This document shows positions 1 to 12,354 of a stretch of 64,000 bases of DNA, piece by piece. The stretch spans positions 21,824,001 through 21,888,000 of the forward strand of contig NC_043018.1 in NCBI RefSeq assembly GCF_006345805.1. The letters run 5' to 3'. How positions within the stretch are numbered: the stretch's first letter is position 1; each line of letters starts with the position of its first letter. Made by a program: the position numbers and the translations under genes. The stretch is from Octopus sinensis (Eukaryota). The notes beneath the pieces were generated by a model that saw nothing but the letters and a program-made list of their open reading frames with translations, was not told where the DNA came from and did no database searches.

Positions 1-55
1 CTTTCTCTCTCTCTCTCAGCTTATTCTCTTCCTCCATCTGCAATTTGATATTTAA

Positions 56-548
56 CCCTTTCGTTACCAACCCAGCCAAAGATGGATGGGATCAGCCACC
101 CTAACAGGTAGGGGTTAGAAGTAGCTTAGCACTGTTTTTGGTCATTGTTTAAACCTAGGTCAACTCTGATTCAGCAAACCTATAATCAAAAGCTTTCCAC
201 CCATGACTATCCTATTTTATCTTATCCTATTTTCTAGACACCTAGGACTGCAATATCTGAAGCGTTCTTTCTTTTCCAAGCCAGTAAGGTGTAATTTGAG
301 GGAGATTTAGCTGCTATGTTTAACAGGCTGATCAGTCATATAGAAGTTTCCTCTTGTAGTACAAAGGCTCTGTAGTACAAATATCTTGTTTTCATAAGTT
401 TTGAATTAAAATCTTCCACCAAACCTTAGTCACAATTTATGTTCCTAACACTAGCTTAATGATAAGTAAGTTATTTTGCTAGATTCTTTGTTATATTTAA
501 AATAATTGAAACACAAAGCATCTCAAAATAAATAGAGTAACTAAAGGG
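56..548. mobile_element. piggyBac-type MITE with an older repeat inserted
   Basis: TTAA-CCCTTTCGTTAC start and AAAGGG-TTAA end; 365-548 matches the MITEs at 9800/10050. Confidence 0.65.
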
Positions 549-636
549 TTAATAGGAGACTCTGTCTTAAAAGTTGCAATAGGTTGGATGTGAAAATTTT
601 TCATTTATTTCCCTGAAAGAGTTAGTAAAATATTCA

Positions 637-968
637 CAGGCATAGCTGTGAAGTAAGAAGATCGGTCCTCAACCGCATGGCTACGAGTTCAGTTCTACTG
701 CATGGCACCTTGAGCAAGTGTCTTCTACCACAGCCCCAGGGCAACCACAGCCTTGGGAGTGAAATTGGTAAATGGAAACTGAAAGATGCTCGCTGTGTGT
801 GTGTTTGTCTCCCACCACCACATGACAACCGGTGTTGGTTTGCTTACATCCCTGTAATTTTGCAGTTTGGCAAAAGAGACCAAAAATAAGTGCTGGGATC
901 AATCTGTTCAACTAAATCCTTCAAGGCAGTGCCCCAGCATGGTCGCAGTCCAATGACTGAAACAAAAA
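637..968 (+). mobile_element. SINE family B (tRNA-like head, GCACCTTGGGCAAGTGTC core, internal TA/TG microsatellite), degenerate
   Basis: Similarity to 11253 and 19281 copies. Confidence 0.7.
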
Positions 969-1984
969 TTAGGGCACTCCATTGATGGTTTTAGTTCTCT
1001 TGAATTTACCACTCCAACACACTACACTTAAGTCAATGACAGAACCTCTAAGAGGTCACTCACCCTGCTAAGAATAGAAGCAAAATCACCCCAAAACTCA
1101 CACCTTATTTATTGTCTGAAATAAAAAGGATCATGTGATCCTAGACATATCTGAATAAAAGATGAGATGGTCACAGCTGGAACATCTTTTATCATAGATT
1201 TACTGGATCAGGGCTGACCTGGGGCCACACAACATTATCAAAAATTATAAGGTGAGATAATCCCCACCCAGCAAGGCATCTCTTTGATTATTAGGTAAAT
1301 AATTATGTCTGAATAAAAGATGGGAACGGCCATGACTGAGACGCATTATATCATAGATCTAATGGATCGGGGGCTGACCTGGGGCTAAACAAGTCCATTA
1401 CAATACAGTGATAACAAAAGAATGAAGAAATTTGAAAAAAAAAACCTAACAAACAAACAAACACCCTGACAAAATTAACAGTTAGCCAGTCTGTTTACCG
1501 GAGGACAGTGTGAGGTTGGCATAACGAACAAAAGATTGTATGACGGCATAAATGCGGAGAATCTCTTTCAAAAACCTGGCGGCATTTTCATTGAAAAAGA
1601 AGGTGTATATTCTAGTGAATGTATCTCAGTGAATTTTTCACTGATCAGGCTTGTTCTTTTATGCTGGGAATATACATTTCTGGAATTGGGCTAGTGAATT
1701 CAAGATGGAAGTGATACAAAGTAGTTTGACAAACAGACAGACATCATACTTACAAATGTAACATACAAAAAAAAAAAATCAAAGATACACACACACACAC
1801 ACACATATACACAAACACATATATACACACATAAATATACAAACATATACATATATATATATATACACACATATATATATATATATACACATACACACAC
1901 TAACACACACACATACATACAAACATATACATATATATATATACACTAACACACACACATACATATACAAACATATATATATAT

Positions 1985-2016
<32 letters not shown>

Positions 2017-2050
2017 ATATATATATTACACTAACACACACACAAACATA

Positions 2051-2081
<31 letters not shown>

Positions 2082-3746
2082 CAAAGCTATTTCTCCACCC
2101 CCTTCTGGAATATATAAAGCACAGAAAAGCTGGAAAAATTATGAAGTAAAATAAAATAAAAGGAAAAAAAGAAAGAAAAAAATATGGAAAAGAAAAGAAA
2201 CTGACAAAAGAAAGAAAGAAAAGAAAAAAGAGACAAAATGAAAAGCGAACAATAATAGCAGCGGCAGCAGAAGTATTGTGAAATAAAATGGATAGACAAT
2301 ATGATAAGTTGAAAGTTGTATAGTAAGTAATATAGATATGTAATAGTTGAATAAATAAAAACTAAATAATAACAATAGCAACAACAACAGTAACAGTAAC
2401 AACAATAACAGCACTCAATCTTTTAAGAAGGTTCCAGAAAAATGTGGAAGAAAAAGAAAAAAGGAAGGGGGGGGGGAAAAAAGATAAAACTAAAAGAAGG
2501 AAGTTATTTGTGATGGAAAGCAGAAATGCTAAATGTGAAATGATGTAAAACAACAACAACAAAAACGTGTGGTGGTGGTGGTGAAGGCAGGGAAGGTGGT
2601 GGTGGTGGTGGTTTTGAACAATTGCTAAAAATGTGTTTGTTTTTTTTTTTGTGTTGTCAGAAAGCACTGAGATGTGGAAGAATTAAAAAAAAGGAAAGTG
2701 TGTGTTGTGTGTGTGTGTGTGTGTGTGTGATGAGGTGAGAGACACTCTGGAATATTGATGGTTGTGATGGTGAGGGGTTAAGTAACAGGAAGAGTAGGGG
2801 ATGGGGGTTGAAGAAAAAATAAACAAGGAGAAAGTAGAGAGAGAGAGAAAGAGAGAGAGAGAGAAATAGATAGAGATAGATAGTGAGAGAGTAATCTTCA
2901 GGAATTGATTAACATTTTAGGTTTTGGAAATTTTAAACAAAATTTTAAGTTGTTATTTACTCAGATATATTTGTTCATACAAGAAGTATAAACCAGATAT
3001 TTTCTTCCATTTTGGCAAAGTGTATTTTTTTCCCCTCTTGAAATTCAATAGAGAAATCTATTAAAAACCTAACCTATCATCTAAATAAATACTCTTTCTA
3101 AAACTGGTCTCTCTCCAACACTTCTCTCTCTCTCTCTCTGTCTGTCTCTAACTCAAGTTCTCTTTAGAAACCTAACATACCATCTAAACTACCACTCTTC
3201 CTTAACTCTCACTGTTTCTCTCTTACACTATCTTCCCTTTTTTATAAACTCAACTTTCGGGCTGATTAACCCCACCCTAACTCTCTGTTCTCTCGGTGGT
3301 GGTGTTCTCCAAGATGGTTCTTGAAAATTAAGCTGGTTCTTCCTTCCTTTTTTTTTTTGCTTCCGCTCTTACAAAATGACCCAGCTTATTATGTCCAACA
3401 ATGATGCAGGCCTGTTAACCTAATTATCTTCAACATTGGTAAAATGGTAAAATTCTAAAGCAACATTTCTTTTTTGAGAGAGGAGGAGGAAGGAAAGAGA
3501 GAGAGAGCTGTGACACCCCATTTTCATTCAGATAAGGAACCAAGCCATTTAACACACACACACACACTATATATTATAAACAAACTTCTCTTTGAGCCAT
3601 GTCCAGTTTCCTCTTAAGAATTTTGAACCGCTTGGTTCTAAATACAGACATAGACCAGACTAAGTAGCTAGATTGTATCCTGGCAACATAACTCAGTCTT
3701 ATTTCTAAATACAGACATAGACCACCAACTTCAGTATCTACACTAT

Positions 3747-3980
3747 ATATTTCTTTATTGCCCGCAATTGGGCTAAACATAGAGGGGACAAACAAAGACA
3801 GACAAAGGGATTAAGTCGATTACATCGACCCCAGTGCGTAACTGGTACTTTATTTATCGACCCCGAAAGGATGAAAGGCAAAGTCGACCTCGGCGGAATT
3901 TGAACTCAGAACGTAACAGCAGGCGAAATACGGCTACGCATTTCGCCTGGTGTGCTAACGATTCTGCCAGCTCGCCGCTT
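3747..3980 (-). mobile_element. SINE family A (tRNA-like head, GGTCGACTTTGCCTTTCATCC core)
   Basis: Near-identical to copies at 13897, 31850, 32958, 48357. Confidence 0.85.
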
Positions 3981-3984
3981 CCCA

Positions 3985-4420
3985 AAGTAGGCGATATTGC
4001 CCACCAGTGGGCAATTGGGCAAATTTCTATAAAACGGTGAGTTATTTGAGATTTTGGTGAGCGCTGTGGGTGACAAAGAATTTTTAGAAGTCAAGTCTGC
4101 ATTTACCTATATCTAGACATGCCTTGAATAAGGATGCACTTTTAGCGATTTGACAACTCGAATGTAATAACAAAAAAAAAAAAAAAAAAAGCAGACTTGT
4201 TTATCAATAGAATATTTTTGTCACACAGTCATTGAAAAACTCTCGTTGATTGTAAACCATTTATCACTAACTTCATTTTGAAAATGGTGCCGTTTCAAAA
4301 CATCAATTCACTCAACTTCCACAACTTGATTCTTTGAAAGATGAATTGGTTGATGAGGAAATACCCTAACCATCAAGCTATGTGCATCCACTAAACCCGT
4401 TCTATAACAGTTCTGAAGAC
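3985..4420 (+). pseudogene. Possible decayed hAT (Buster-like) transposase fragment
   Basis: Frameshifted/stop-interrupted peptides WAIGQISIKR, ELFEILVSAVGDKEFL and KHQFTQLPQL...DEEI...YVHPLN resemble hAT catalytic-region motifs; recognised by eye only. Confidence 0.4.
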
Positions 4421-4896
4421 TCCGAATGAAACCAACCATCCATTTTTGCCATGCACACACAACACACATACATCTATGGTTGGTGTCAGGAAAAGCATCC
4501 ATTTGTAGTAACCAAACAAAGACAATTTATTATGAAAGACTTCTGACATGTTGATCAAGATACAGGAACTTTAAATAAGAACCAACTACTAACTCATGCC
4601 AACACGAAAAGCTGACGCAAAATGATTTATATATATATACTAGCAGAAAGACCACCTTCCAGGCAGTTTTCTGCTGGTCAAACCTATAGTGTGTGTGTGT
4701 ATGTGTATTAGAGAAATTGCAAACAATGAATGAAATAAACATGAAATGAAAAAACCTATAAATAAAAACTTGTTAAAAAATTAACTTGTACCGAATATTT
4801 GAATTTGTGAACTTGAAATATTCAATTATAAAAAAATCTCACTCGCTTACTAAATATTTCTTTCAGTAATTTATCATATTTGTAATATATCTGTAA

Positions 4897-5283
4897 CTAG
4901 CAGTATCGCCCGGCGTTGCTCAGGTTTGTAAGGGAAATAACTATATAAGCATTTTTAGAGATGTAAAGTATAATAGCCATCTCAATATGGCTAACCACAA
5001 AGGGGAGGGGAGTTGCTGTAGCTTTTTACGTTCTGAGATTTAATAATAAATTTTTAGAGAGTTACTTCCCTTATATATGCCAAAAATGCATTAAAAATGG
5101 GAAAAATTGATGGTAAATTTTTTTTTTTAATCGTAGACTCATCGTAGACGTGTGCTAATACCCAGAAGGGCTCGATATGAATCACGACTATAAGATACCC
5201 GGTTTTGGTTAAACTGCACCGCAAAATGTGGAAGTAGTTAGGAATCTAAATCGTAGAGACAACCTCACTTTTATATATAAAGA
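4897..5283 (-). mobile_element. Non-autonomous Helitron
   Basis: Minus strand A|TCTTTATATATAAAAG...GAGCAACGCCGGGCGATACTGCTAG|T: 5' TC, 3' CTAG, subterminal hairpin, A-T target. Confidence 0.85.
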
Positions 5284-6290
5284 TTTAAACAAACTTCAAG
5301 ATTTAGCGTGCAAGAAATAGCAGCGATCACAGTTATTATTGTAAGGCTTATAGTGTTCCAAACAGCCATACCAACAAAATCACTTCTTAATAAAAAAAAA
5401 AAAATACTGGTATATTAAAAAATTTTCATTTTATCAAAAATAAGTCTCAAAGTTATACAGCTATTTTGTCTAATAGCATTCATTCAATAAATAATTTTTT
5501 TTACATTAGGTATATAGAATAAACTGGGGGTTTTGCAAATAGTGAATTAAAACTTGAAAGGAAAACATTAAAATGAATATATATTAAATTATCATTAATG
5601 AAAATAGAGGTGAGAGAGAGTGGGGGACTGTTGCAAATGAAAATGGAAAATTTTGCCTGCAACGAATTAATATTGTTTATTAAATCTTACTCTGCAGTGA
5701 ATATTTAAATTTGTGAAAAACTGGTATTTCAAATATTCAATAACCTCCAGAAATCAAAATTACAGCAAATTTCAAACATGAATTCATAAAAAAATTTTCA
5801 GACGGTCAAGCCTTTAATATTTGCTTTCTTCTAGTAACTATTACATACCTAATTAATAAGCAGTTTTCCCTATTATAATATGTATGTATATATATATATA
5901 TATATAAGCACTGTACATTTATCTTTCCTTTCTAGCCTAAACTATCTCTGTAATCTCTGTAATCCTTTTCGCACAAAACCAGTAATTTCAGGGGAGAAGG
6001 TCAGTTGATTACATTGATCCCAGTGTCCAACCAGTACTTATTTTATTGACCCAGGAAGGATGAAAGACAAAGTCGACTTTGGCAGCATTTGAACTCAGAA
6101 TATAAAGACGGACAAAATGCTGCTAAGCATTTTTGCCCAGTGTGCTAACAATTCTGCCAGCTTGCAGCCTTTATAATTTTAAACTAAATCAACCAACTTC
6201 ATGTTTGGTTCTCATTATGTTCCTTCTTCTCTTGTCTTTAAACAACCACACATATACACACACACACGTGTGTGTGTGTGTGTGTATATA

Positions 6291-6597
6291 TTCTTTTATT
6301 CCTTTACTGGTTTCAGTCATTTGACTGCGGCCGTGCTGGAGCACTGCCTTTAGCTGAAGGAATCGACCCCAGGACTTATTCCTTGTAAGACTAGTACTTT
6401 ATCAATCTCTGGTGTCAAACCAATAAGTTACATGGATATAAACACACAAACACAAACACACAAACATATACATTATATATATATATATGACAGGCTTCTT
6501 TGAGTCTCCATCTACCCAAATCCACTCACAAGGCTATAGTAGGAGACACTTGCCCAAATGGTTGGGAAGCAAGCTTCTTACCACACAGCCCTGCCTG
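6291..6597 (-). mobile_element. SINE family B
   Basis: Head, core and tail recognisable. Confidence 0.75.
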
Positions 6598-6964
6598 CAC
6601 TTATATGCAACTGGGGAAGGGGGGGGGGCAATATTTTAATTGAAAAAATCAAAATCAAATCTGATTATCGAACATGCTTTATTGTAGTTTATTGTTGTTT
6701 AACCCTTGGTCAGCTCCAGTTGGACAGACTTATGATCAAAAGCATTCTTGTCAAGACATTTTCCCAGGCAAAATGTGCCGTGGACTACACTATTTAATGT
6801 ACCCTTTTCGAAGACAATAGAGTGTGAGTTGAGGGAACTTCCTAAATGGAGTGAAATCTGTCTTTATGACCTGCTATTTCTAGTAGATCAAGAGGCCACA
6901 TAGAGGCTTACACACTGGTTTTCATATTTGTTGTATTTTCTCATTGACAAGTTACTGGTTCTTC

Positions 6965-7175
6965 TGTTGTACTCCTTCCTTTATTTGTGTACTCCTGTTA
7001 TTGGTGTAGAGATGATCCTTCAGTTGTACTCCTTAACTGATACAGAGTATGTCATTTAGTTGTACTCCTTTATTGGTGCAGTGTTGCTCTGGTTTTTCAA
7101 ATGTACTCCTTTATTGACGCAATGTAGGTCATTTAGATGTACTCCTTTATGGGTGCAGTGATGTACTCCTTCCAT
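6965..7175. repeat. Degenerate minisatellite with TGTACTCCT core
   Basis: Seven TGTACTCCT cores; four consecutive spacings of 36-41 bp, shorter at the ends. Confidence 0.7.
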
Positions 7176-7524
7176 CCCTTGATGTAACCTATAAAAAAGT
7201 TACTTAACCTGCTAGGAATAGCAGCTAAATTCCCTCCAAAAAAAAAACAAAAAAAAAAACAAACAACAAAAACAAAAAAACAACCCCCAAAAACCCATAC
7301 CTACCATCTTAAAAATGGATATTAGACAAGGTAGTCCTTGACCTACAAAATTTCAAGCTGGTCATACGTGGAATGCTTTTGAATTGTAGGTCTACTCAAT
7401 CAAAGCAGACCTAGTGCCAGACAACAAGAACCACCACAAAAGAACCATGAACTGGCAGGAGTGTCTTTGTATGACTGTTCAACAGTCTAGGAATAGTAGC
7501 CATATCTCTTTCAACCCACATCCT

Positions 7525-7741
7525 ATACACATAATAATATACATATATACATATACATACATATATATACATACATATACATACATACATACATATTATA
7601 TATATATATAAATATATACATACATATAAATATATACATACATACACATACATAAATATATATACATAAATACATATATATACACATATACATACATACA
7701 CATACATAAATATATATACATAAATACATATATATACACAT

Positions 7742-7786
<45 letters not shown>

Positions 7787-8112
7787 CATACATATATATA
7801 TATACAAATACATACATATATATACATACATATACATACATATACATATATATACATACATATACATATATATACATACATATACATACATACACATATA
7901 TACATACACATATACATACATACACATATATACATACACATATACATACATATATATATACATACACATATACATACATATATATATACATACACATATA
8001 CATATATATACATACGTACATACATATATATATACACACACATACATATATACATACATACACATATATATATACACACATACATATATACATACATGTA
8101 TAAATATATATA
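7525..8112. repeat. (TA/CA/TACA)n microsatellite field
   Basis: Direct inspection. Confidence 0.95.
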
Positions 8113-8263
8113 CATATATTTACCACGTGAACTACGATGAAAAAATATGTGAAAGATATGGTATATAATTTTCTTTTTTTTTTGTGTAGGTGTTCCTTGA
8201 GACATGTAATTTATTTTAAGGGTTACACAAGGGTAAAAATGGTTGAGAAACACTAGTGTAGAG

Positions 8264-8462
8264 CAATGGTTCTAAATCATTTTTTTTACCTATGGACCCC
8301 TTTGATCTCTATTCTACTCAGATGGACCCTCCCAGCCGTTTGATGCTTACCAAGCAAAAATTTTTAGAATATTTTGTGCATTGTAGAATTATAAAGCAAC
8401 TTATTGCACATAAATCTTATATGGATCCCGGAGGGTCATATGGTACCCAGTTGAGAACCCTA
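8264..8462. mobile_element. hAT-type MITE
   Basis: CAATGGTTCT...GAGAACC termini; 8-bp TSD GTGTAGAG/GTGTAGGG. Confidence 0.65.
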
Positions 8463-9433
8463 GTGTAGGGGATCAATAGATAGAGGGTTCCCTAAAACTT
8501 TGGTTGGACAATATGGTGGTCTGATTTCAAATATATAGGAATAATATTAAAATGCCAATGACTTCTCAGACAAGAGCAAACTTAATCCATTGATAATTAT
8601 CATTAATACACACACAAAGAATGATGATGATGATGATGATTGATGATAATATCATCTGCTTTTACTTCTGTATTTTGGGATTAATTTCTAAATCCTTTAA
8701 TCCTGAAAGTAGTGATGACAATGAAGAGATTCAGCTGATAAACTGTATCAAAAGTTAGTCAATAACATATAGGTATGGCACATATCGGGGAGGTGCTGGC
8801 ACACACAAACATGCACTCACACACACACACACACAAGTACACACACATCCAAGCACACACACACACACACACAAGTACACACACATCCAAGCACACACAC
8901 ACACACACAAGTACACACACATCCAAGCACACACACACACACAAGTACAAACACACATTAATGCACGCAAACACAAATCAACACAAAAACACACACATTT
9001 ATGCATACACACATCCATACTCAAGTAAACACGCACACACCTCTTTCAATGATAAAAAGCAAGCCTCTAGCCTGAAGCTGAGTAAAAAAAAAAAAAAAAG
9101 TGTGTTATTGATAATTTCAGATTTCAAGAACAATTCATCCAGATTTGTGTTGAAAAGATGAATAACAATAATTTTACACATTTTATACATTTATATTTAC
9201 GGCCTAGTAAAAGAAGCATACATTCTTTATATACATACATGCATTAGATATCTGATGTTTAAATCTATTTAACACAGTAAAATAGCACCTTAGTAATATA
9301 TATTGCAATACCTACAGCAGACACACAATAATCAAAGCCCTATAAATATGTGTGTGTGGGTATGTACACCCACACACACCCACACACAAAGCATGGTGGT
9401 ATAACACTATTGTGAAATGCAATTAAACAATAG

Positions 9434-9670
9434 AAGCACCATCCGATTGTGGCCGTTGCCAGCCTCGCCTGGCCCCCGTGCCGGTGGCTCGTAAAAAGCA
9501 TCCACTTCACTCACGGAGTGGTTGGTGTTAGGAAGGGCATCCAGCCGTAGAAACATTGCCAGATCAGACTGGGCCTGATGCAGCCTTCTGGCTTCCCAGA
9601 CCCCTGTTGAACCGTCCAACCCATGCTAGCATGGAAAGCGGACGCTAAATGATGATGATGAAGATGATGA
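9434..9670 (+). mobile_element. SINE family D (GGAAGGGCATCCAGCCGTAGAAAC core, (GAT)n tail)
   Basis: Matches 40787, 51301, 51597 copies. Confidence 0.8.
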
Positions 9671-9799
9671 AATTACTAAATACTGTTAAATAAAGCAGAA
9701 TAATATTCATTCAAAGCTGATTCTGAGCAGGTTGCCACTCAGAGTTTCTCATTCCTGATCCTCAGAGGAAACATCTTACTCTGAAGGAAGCATTCTTAA

Positions 9800-10018
9800 C
9801 CCTTTCGTTACCAACCCGGCTGAAGCCGGCTCTGGCTCTGAGTACAAATGCCTTGTTTTCATAAGTATTGAATTAAAATCTTCCACCAAACCTTAGTCAC
9901 AATTAATGTTCCTAACACTAGCTGAATGATAACAAAGTTATTTTACTAAATTTTTGTATATTTAAAATTAATTGAAAGAAACACTGAGCATCTCAACAGC
10001 AACATGGTAACAAAAGGG
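9800..10018. mobile_element. piggyBac-type MITE (~220 bp)
   Basis: TTAA flanks both ends; TIR CCCTTTCGTTAC...GTAACAAAAGGG. Confidence 0.85.
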
Positions 10019-10049
10019 TTAAAATATATAATAGAGAAACAATTCTTAA

Positions 10050-10269
10050 CCCTTTTGATACCAACCCAGCTGAAACCAGCTCTGGCTCTGAGTACAAATG
10101 TCTTGTTTTCATAAGTTTTGAATTAAAATCTTCCACCAAACCTTAGTCACAATTTATATTCTTAACACTAGCTCAATGATAACTAAGTTATTTTACTAAA
10201 TTCTTTGTTATATTTAAAGTAATTGAAAGAAACACAGAGCATCTCAAAATATATACAGTAACGAAAGGG
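10050..10269. mobile_element. piggyBac-type MITE, second adjacent copy
   Basis: TTAA flanks; CCCTTTTGATAC...GTAACGAAAGGG; similar throughout to the 9800 copy. Confidence 0.85.
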
Positions 10270-10754
10270 TTAATATACCCACTGATTGTGTGACACAGAC
10301 ACACACAGACTGATAGTGTGTGTACATGCATGTGTGTATTGCTACAAAACACCACAAAATCCACATTAACACAAATTTTAAAATAAAACAATATAGATGC
10401 CTTTAGATAACCTATGATTGACCTGAACTCCTCCCTCCTATTTTAGCTTAATCCCCAGTCAAAACAATATATAGATTATTTATAATTCAAATAATAAAAC
10501 TTGGGAATCCAATAGGAACTATGGAAGAGGGACTTCATGACCCTACTCCTGTGACTCCCCCAGAAATAGTGGGCAGAGAAGATGAATAAAAAGGAGTCTT
10601 GCGTTAGAGGAGGAACAGGGCTGCCAGTACTGGTGTCACATAAAAAGCACCCAGTACCAAGTTGGCTCCCATAATGTTAATAACAATACTCAGCTAATTG
10701 ACTAATAAAGTACATATTTCTTAATTGCCCACAAGGGGCTAAACACAGTCAAAT

Positions 10755-11043
10755 GACAAATATATAGGAAACTACCACCTGTGTCATCTCTTGTGAAAGG
10801 TAGGAGAGTCCAGTTTGCTGGACATTGTTGTAGAGCTGAAAAAGAAGTAATTTCTACTCTTCTCCTCTGGAAGCCATCTACTCGCAATACCAGAGGGCGC
10901 ACACTCTCCTACCCTGATGTAATCTCCAGGGATACAGGCATCCAGCAACAGGACCTCCGTAATGCCATGATGGACCGTGAAGTCTGGCGTAGCATGGTAA
11001 ATTCCATTGTCTCGACCACAGTCGAACAATGATGATGATGATG
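10755..11043 (+). mobile_element. RTE-clade LINE 3' fragment
   Basis: Encodes IYxKLPPVSSLVKGRRVQFAGHCCR...DTG...MMDREVWRSMV then stop and (GAT)n tail. Confidence 0.8.
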
Positions 11044-11252
11044 ATTAAAAGCCCTCTTCAGAGAAAAGCAAAAGAGAAAGTCATGAACCTCCCTCTTTCT
11101 CTCTCCCTATTTATATAAGTGTTTGGAATAATATCTTTCATCTTTCACTCGCTTCAGTCATTGGACAGCAGCCATGCTGGGGCACCGCCTTGAAGGATTT
11201 TAGTCGAACAAATTGACCACAGGACTTATTTTTTAAAACTTGGTACTTATTC

Positions 11253-11652
11253 AGGAATGGCTGTGTGGTAAGTAGCTTGTTTACCAACCACATGGTTCCG
11301 GGTTCAGTCCCACTGTGTGGCACCTTGGGCAAGTGTCTTCTACTATAGCCTCGGGCCGACAAAGCCTTGTGAGTGGATTTGGTAGACGGAAACTGAAAGA
11401 AGCCCGTCATATATATGTATGTATGTATATGTATATATGTGTGTGCGTGTATGTTTGTGTTTGTCCCCCTAGCATTGCTTGACAACTGATGCTGGTGCAT
11501 TTATGTCCCCGTCACTTAGCGGTTCGGCAAAAGAGACCGATAGAATAAGTACTGGGCTTACAAAGAATAAGTCCCGGGGTCGAGTTGCTCGATTAAAGGC
11601 GGTGCTCCAGCATAGCCGCAGTCAAATGACTGAAACAAGTAAAAGAGAGAGA
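11253..11652 (+). mobile_element. SINE family B, full length
   Basis: GGCTGTGTGGTAAG head to GACTGAAACAAGTAAAAGAG tail. Confidence 0.88.
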
Positions 11653-11794
11653 GTATTCTATTAGTCCTTATTGCTAAATTGCTAATTAACAGTTGTCAAG
11701 CAGGGGTGGGGACAAACAAAGATACACACACACACATATATACAGGTATGATAATGCAAACAGGAAAAACAGAACTCAATTAGTATATGAATAT

Positions 11795-12146
11795 TTTTAT
11801 TAATATTTAGCAGATGTAACAGAATAACTTGGGTCACAGAGTTTCATGTGTTGGGGCTTATCAAACTAGTTGCGGGGGTCGAAGACCTGTGAGTTTATAT
11901 ATCTGGTGATAAATATATTTCCCTCTTTATTTATCTATGAATTGGCTTGTTGAACAACAATATTGGAAAAACTATTTGAATTATCCATAAAATTTTAAAA
12001 TCATTATTATGATTTTAAAATTTTATCTAGAACCCAGAAAGAAAGAAATATTTTATCACCAGTTATAAAAACTCACAGGTCATCAACCTGCAACTTATTT
12101 GATAAATGGCAGTACCTTGAGTCACTCTGTTACTTCTGCTAAATAT
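11795..12146. mobile_element. Degenerate ~350-bp fold-back MITE
   Basis: ATATTTAGCAGA..GTAACAGA / TCTGTTAC..TCTGCTAAATAT outer arms; inner GACCTGTGAGTTT/AAACTCACAGGTC; central ATAAAATTTTAAAATCA dyad. Confidence 0.7.
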
Positions 12147-12195
12147 ATATATATATATATATTATATATACAATGTTCAATGATGATGATGATGA

Positions 12196-12242
<47 letters not shown>

Positions 12243-12302
12243 TATATACATATATATATATCTATATAATATATACAAATGTTCAATGATGATGCTGATG
12301 AT

Positions 12303-12354
<52 letters not shown>

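Noticed and set aside
1480-1700. Open frames on both strands, including a VIQSFVR stretch faintly like an IAP C-terminus
   Set aside because: No RING cysteines and no convincing splice context.
6965-7175. CRISPR-like repeat/spacer appearance (also 50428-51302)
   Set aside because: Animal DNA, no cas genes; cores too short or spacers identical, so these are minisatellites.
7411-8253. Long YI/CV/HT-rich ORFs here and at 30023, 38247, 41500, 42612, 53096, 57872, 63756
   Set aside because: Translations of (TA)n/(CA)n microsatellites, which lack stops in some frames; no coding signal.
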